Origin: a virus
Lineage: Duplodnaviria > Caudoviricetes
Length of the DNA stretch: 38,428 nucleotides
Direction: 5' to 3' (one strand)
Virus record (IMG/VR): IMGVR_UViG_3300037424_000274
Span: 1-38,428 of that record
The notes beneath the pieces were generated by a model. That model was not told the DNA's origin, did no database searches, and saw nothing but the letters and a program-made list of their open reading frames with translations. Shown piece after piece: positions 34,581-38,428 of this stretch; the stretch's first letter is position 1; each line of letters opens with the position of its first letter. The position numbers and the translations under genes were made by a program.

Positions 34581-35311
34581 CCGCCCCCCTCACCGAAACC
34601 CTGACCGCCTGCCCAATCTGCCACAGCACAGATATATACCCGCGCGTGTTCGGGCGGGCGCAAGGCTCGATGTGCTACGACTGCGGACAGGCATTCCTAA
34701 ACCCCCGCATGAGCGACAAGGACACCGACGAATACTACCGGGGCGCGTACAGGGATGAGGTAAGTTTGCCGGGGTCTAACGCGATTGACCAGGTAGACCA
34801 TGAGCGCCAGAAGCGGCGAGCAGACAAGCAAATTGAATTGTGCGGCAAGTTTATCGACGAGTGCAAGACCTGCCTCGAAATCGGTTGTAGCGTTGGCGTG
34901 ATGCTAGACAGGCTAGACAGTGAGTATGGCATTAAGAGCGTTGGCATTGAACCAGAGGAGCGGCATAGGGCGGTCAACAAACACACCACATACGCGGATA
35001 TAAGCGAGTGCCCGCGTCAGGCGTTTGACTTGATCCTTATGTCACACAGCCTGGAGCATTTGAACCACCCGCGCGGATATTTGCAGTATCTTGTGGAACG
35101 GTTCGCGGATCCGGGCACGCGTTTCTTGATTGAGGTTCCCAACTTGGGAACCTACGCGACTTGTCTAAACCCGCATCACCCGTTTGCGTTTTCAGCGGGG
35201 ACGCTGGAAGGGTTATTTGAGATGATCGGCTACAAACCGCTGATGATTGCCACGCATGGGTTAGGCGGGCCAAACATGGTCTATTTGTTGGGCGTATTTG
35301 GGAGGGTGTGA
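34577..35311 (+). CDS. Class I SAM-dependent methyltransferase with N-terminal Zn ribbon
   Basis: CPIC...CYDCG.AFLNPR; LEIGCSVG; GIEP; FDLILMSHSLEHL; IEVPN. Confidence 0.9.
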   Translation: MTAPLTETLTACPICHSTDIYPRVFGRAQGSMCYDCGQAFLNPRMSDKDTDEYYRGAYRDEVSLPGSNAIDQVDHERQKRRADKQIELCGKFIDECKTCLEIGCSVGVMLDRLDSEYGIKSVGIEPEERHRAVNKHTTYADISECPRQAFDLILMSHSLEHLNHPRGYLQYLVERFADPGTRFLIEVPNLGTYATCLNPHHPFAFSAGTLEGLFEMIGYKPLMIATHGLGGPNMVYLLGVFGRV

Positions 35312-35451
35312 TGAGAAAATTTTTTGCTTGGGTGTTCCTGATGATTGGTGTTTTTTTCCTGCTGATTGCTGGATTGTTTGATGGTGAGTTTTCTGGCAAA
35401 ATATTTGCGAACGCTTGGAACAGCGTTGAGAAAAGGGGGGTCAATGAATAA
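35311..35451 (+). CDS. Small membrane protein (46 aa)
   Basis: MRKFFAWVFLMIGVFFLLIAGLF...; GGAGG SD; TGATG coupling. Confidence 0.55.
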   Translation: MRKFFAWVFLMIGVFFLLIAGLFDGEFSGKIFANAWNSVEKRGVNE

Positions 35452-35671
35452 TTTATTAACTCCCCTATATCACAGATACGGCGATTTTCCTTGTGGTAAA
35501 GTTGCTATGTACACAGTGGGGCGTCTGATAAAACACATCGACACCCTAGATGCTTGGAAATTTGTTAGACTGGATGGCACGCATCCTATTGATGGGGTGG
35601 ATGAAATTTTATGCGGTCATTGCTTACGTCCTGTTTACCCCGGCATAGATGTGGTATACGAGGACGAATGA
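35444..35671 (+). CDS. Small Cys/His-motif protein
   Basis: H....CG...CGHC; GGGGG SD. Confidence 0.55.
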   Translation: MNNLLTPLYHRYGDFPCGKVAMYTVGRLIKHIDTLDAWKFVRLDGTHPIDGVDEILCGHCLRPVYPGIDVVYEDE

Positions 35672-35790
35672 TAGACACCTTATTTAATTATGTAATAGTG
35701 ATCTGGATAATTAGATTGTCTATCGTTGCTTTGCTGTGGTTTGGCTGGGGGATTTATTCATTAATTCATCAGTTACGCATTAGGAAATGA
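35668..35790 (+). CDS. Small membrane protein (40 aa)
   Basis: MIDTLFNYVIVIWIIRLSIVALLWFGWGIYSLIHQLRIRK; ATGA overlaps at both ends. Confidence 0.5.
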   Translation: MIDTLFNYVIVIWIIRLSIVALLWFGWGIYSLIHQLRIRK

Positions 35791-36278
35791 TGATAACCAC
35801 CGACACCGCCCTACTCACGCAAGACATAACCCGCGTTACCAACAAGCTTGGTAAGCTGGGCGGCGTGTTGGGTGATCTAATTCCACAGTACACCGCGCCT
35901 GCCGTGGTTGCGTTGATGAAGATATACGAGCCAGCAAAAAGCGTGACCAGGCGGGCGGCGTATGGGCGTACTTTCCAATCGCGCAAGCAGCAGCGGTACT
36001 TCTTCTATGCCCTACGCGCGGGGATAATCAGCGTGCCGCACCGCCGTACGTTTGGAATGCGTAACGCCTGGCGCATCGAGGGGAAAGGCAAAAATACTGT
36101 GGTGGTGAACGACACACAGGCGGCACGCTACACGATGGGCACGGACACGCAATCGCGGCATGAAAAGCTGGTAGGGTGGCATACGGTAGGGTGGAGGTTG
36201 AAGCACCCAGGGCGTGAGGTTATGCAAGCAGCAGCGAATGGCGTAAAGGCGGCGATTAAGAAAATAGGGCTTGCATAG
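35787..36278 (+). CDS. HK97 gp10-like neck/tail completion protein
   Basis: Basic; RRTFGMRNAW...VVND..AARY..G matches the TG.L..SW...V.N...YA.Y pattern. Confidence 0.6.
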   Translation: MMITTDTALLTQDITRVTNKLGKLGGVLGDLIPQYTAPAVVALMKIYEPAKSVTRRAAYGRTFQSRKQQRYFFYALRAGIISVPHRRTFGMRNAWRIEGKGKNTVVVNDTQAARYTMGTDTQSRHEKLVGWHTVGWRLKHPGREVMQAAANGVKAAIKKIGLA

Positions 36279-36299
36279 TACAAAGGTTCGTGGTAATAT
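36271..36299 (+). promoter_or_regulatory. Candidate promoter for the protease-capsid gene
   Basis: TTGCAT-N17-TAATAT with TG extension. Confidence 0.55.
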
Positions 36300-36334
36300 T
36301 GTTCTATAACTGAATAACTAGCCGGTACAGCTCT

Positions 36335-36390
36335 AGGGCTGTGGCAACTGTTACCCAAATTTTGGGTAGTGTTTGCCACAGCCCTTTTTT
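36335..36390 (+). terminator. Intrinsic terminator-like hairpin
   Basis: AGGGCTGTGGCAA/TTGCCACAGCCCT plus inner TACCCAAA/TTTGGGTA, followed by a T-run. Confidence 0.65.
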
Positions 36391-36412
36391 GTTTCACTTT
36401 ACGAGGTGATGT

Positions 36413-38428
36413 ATGTCTGAGCCTAACAAAGCAAAAGAATTGACCCTGGACGACCAGGTTTACAAAATCCGTGATGCTATATCCAGCAAGCTAAATCCAG
36501 GTATGGATACGAATACCGGGATGGTGGGTGGCGATGAACATTACTGGATTAGCGAACTTTACGACAGTCACGCGATCGTCTGCAAGGGTGAAGTTTATTA
36601 CGACGTGTCATATTCGTTCACCGTTGATGGGTTGGAATTGGGCGACATGGTTGAGGTAGAACGTGATTGGCGTCCAGTCGGAGCAAAACTTCTGGGCGCA
36701 TTCAAGCGCGGGGCACGCAATAGCCGCAAGGATCAACAGCGCATTCAAGGTATCCACGATTACGCCACAGAGAACGGGGCAGTATGCGCTGAAAAGAAGG
36801 ACTTTGACCTTCCGGACGGCGACGATGCCGTAATCCAATACGGGGAAATGGTCAAGGCAACGCGCACGGACGCTGGGGTGAAAGTAGGGGGATACCTCAT
36901 TCGCTTTACCAACGAAAACGACCTCGACCTGACGGGCGACTTCTTCGCCGCCGATACCGATTACGACACCGAATTGCCCGCTAGCAAAACAACTTACTTT
37001 CATCATGGCATGGATGCGAAGGTTGGTAAGCGCAAGCTGGGACACGCCGATTTACACCAGGACGAATTCGGCATCTGGGCTGACACGATCTTACAAGAGC
37101 GCGACGAATACGAGAGGTTTATCGCGGAGTTGGCCTTGGCCGGAAAGTTGGGCTGGTCGTCTGGTACAGCCGGTCACTTGATGGACAGGCGCAGGGTGGG
37201 AAATGCCAATAAGATCACGCGCTGGCCTATCGTTGAAGCCAGCCTGACCCACACACCGGCAGAACCGCGTAACAGCGTAATGCCCATGAAATCATTAATA
37301 ACCGTTACTGGTACGGGCGAGCAGCCTGTGGTGGCGGATACAAAGCACGAGCCTATTGTTGAGCCAAAACTTAGTGAGGACAAAATGGACGAAGAGATGA
37401 AGGCTTTATTGGCGCAGGTTGCTACCGATGCCGCGACTAAAGCGGTCGAGGAATACAAACGCGCTGAACCCGCCAGTGACAAAGCTGGCGTCAATATTGA
37501 GGTTGGCCTTGATGAGGCTGACCAGCCGTGGGAACATGCGGGGCAGTTTTTCAAAGCTGTCAAAACCGCTACGTTCCGCCCTGCTGCGGAAGACCCCCGC
37601 CTGCGCTCCGTGAAGGTTACGGGCATGAGCGAGGGCGTTCCGGCTGATGGCGAGTACCTTTTGCCGAAGCCAGTTGCCGAAGGCATCCTGGAAAATATGT
37701 TCGCGGTTGGCAAGATTTTGAGCCGCCTCCCGATTGACCCAGTTGCCGGAAATTCGATGACATACAACGGCGTCGATGAGACTTCCCGCATCGCCGGTTC
37801 ACGGCGCGGTGGGGTACGTGGTTACTGGCTGGCTGAGGGATCGACCATCACTTCCAGTAAACCGAAATTCCGCCAGTTCGAACTCAAGCTGAAAAAGGTC
37901 GGCGCATTATGCTACGCCACCGACGAGCAGCTTGAGGATACGGTGAACCTGGAAAGTTGGCTTGGGCGCGTTGTGCCGGAAGAGTTGATCTTCATGGCCG
38001 AAGACGCGATCTTTGAGGGTGATGGCGTTGGCAAGCCGCTTGGCATTATGGCCGCCCCCGCCCGCGTTGACGTTCTCCGCGTTGACGCCAGCACAATCAC
38101 CTTCGCCGACCTGTCGAAAATGTGGGCACGGCGCATGGCGTGGTTGAATGATTACGTCTGGTTTGTCAACCAGGACACCAACCCGCAACTCGATTCCCTC
38201 ATTCTGGCAAGCTCCACCGAAATCCCGACCCGCTTCGTGCAGTACGGACCGGAAGGCGTTCTGACTATCAAGGGACGCCCCGTGGTTGAGGTTGAGTACG
38301 CTTCAACGTTGGGCACGGTTGGCGATATTGTTCTGGCTTCGATGAGCCAGTACCAGGCGATCAGCAAGGGCGGCGTGAAATCGGCCTCTAGCATTCACGT
38401 CCAGTTTGCCACCGATGAGATGGCGTTC
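36413..38428 (+). CDS. Prohead protease-major capsid protein fusion (707 aa when joined to 128-235)
   Basis: Open frame from ATG 36413 (GAGGT SD) to the window end, so it is missing from the ORF track. Protease motifs DLTGDFF, YFHHG, LGWSSG, EASLTHTPAEPR; MCP motifs DGEYLLP, WLAEG, LKLKK, EGDGVGKPLGI, IKGRPV. Confidence 0.9.
   Translation, partial: MSEPNKAKELTLDDQVYKIRDAISSKLNPGMDTNTGMVGGDEHYWISELYDSHAIVCKGEVYYDVSYSFTVDGLELGDMVEVERDWRPVGAKLLGAFKRGARNSRKDQQRIQGIHDYATENGAVCAEKKDFDLPDGDDAVIQYGEMVKATRTDAGVKVGGYLIRFTNENDLDLTGDFFAADTDYDTELPASKTTYFHHGMDAKVGKRKLGHADLHQDEFGIWADTILQERDEYERFIAELALAGKLGWSSGTAGHLMDRRRVGNANKITRWPIVEASLTHTPAEPRNSVMPMKSLITVTGTGEQPVVADTKHEPIVEPKLSEDKMDEEMKALLAQVATDAATKAVEEYKRAEPASDKAGVNIEVGLDEADQPWEHAGQFFKAVKTATFRPAAEDPRLRSVKVTGMSEGVPADGEYLLPKPVAEGILENMFAVGKILSRLPIDPVAGNSMTYNGVDETSRIAGSRRGGVRGYWLAEGSTITSSKPKFRQFELKLKKVGALCYATDEQLEDTVNLESWLGRVVPEELIFMAEDAIFEGDGVGKPLGIMAAPARVDVLRVDASTITFADLSKMWARRMAWLNDYVWFVNQDTNPQLDSLILASSTEIPTRFVQYGPEGVLTIKGRPVVEVEYASTLGTVGDIVLASMSQYQAISKGGVKSASSIHVQFATDEMAF
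38302..38428. repeat. Terminal direct repeat, right copy
   Basis: Identical to 1-127. Confidence 0.95.

Noticed and set aside
36608-38394. Minus-strand ORFs (145, 205, 93, 80 aa) listed over the capsid region
   Set aside because: They are antisense shadows of the protease-MCP frame. The same applies to most overlapping ORFs in the track.
1-38428. CRISPR array, diversity-generating retroelement/reverse transcriptase, or stop-codon recoding
   Set aside because: I saw no regularly spaced repeats, no RT motifs and no TR/VR pair. Genes are intact under the standard code and all three stop codons are used.

Overview
The window is a complete circular tailed-phage genome of 38,301 bp. Bases 1-127 are identical to 38302-38428, an assembly overlap that cuts through the major capsid gene. 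The layout is siphovirus-like. A + strand late operon (about 28.9 kb through the junction to 13.6 kb) carries holin-like genes, TerS, TerL, portal, MuF-like protein, a SAM methyltransferase, a gp10-like protein, a protease-MCP fusion, neck and tail genes with a -1 frameshifted chaperone, a short tape measure, a GH25-like lysin, two carbohydrate-active proteins and a metallophosphoesterase, and ends at a tRNA-Met(CAT). A - strand early operon (20.86 to 13.86 kb) has small ORFs, a recombination-type protein and two HNH genes. A divergent repressor/Cro-like switch lies at 20.7-21.4 kb, and a + strand replication operon holds primase, a DnaD-type initiator with iterons and a DnaB-like helicase. 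I found no integrase or partition gene. The host is tentatively Chloroflexota. The main unexplained signal is a ~160-nt structured leader present twice (15866-16028 on -, 27268-27436 on +). The copies share architecture but have covarying sequence, each has its own extended -10 promoter, and each sequesters the RBS of an unrelated endonuclease gene. One such cassette appears to have replaced the core of a RusA-like resolvase gene. A third, C4-like kissing-loop attenuator precedes a 33-aa membrane peptide and the replication operon. All protein calls are by-eye motif recognition, not database results.
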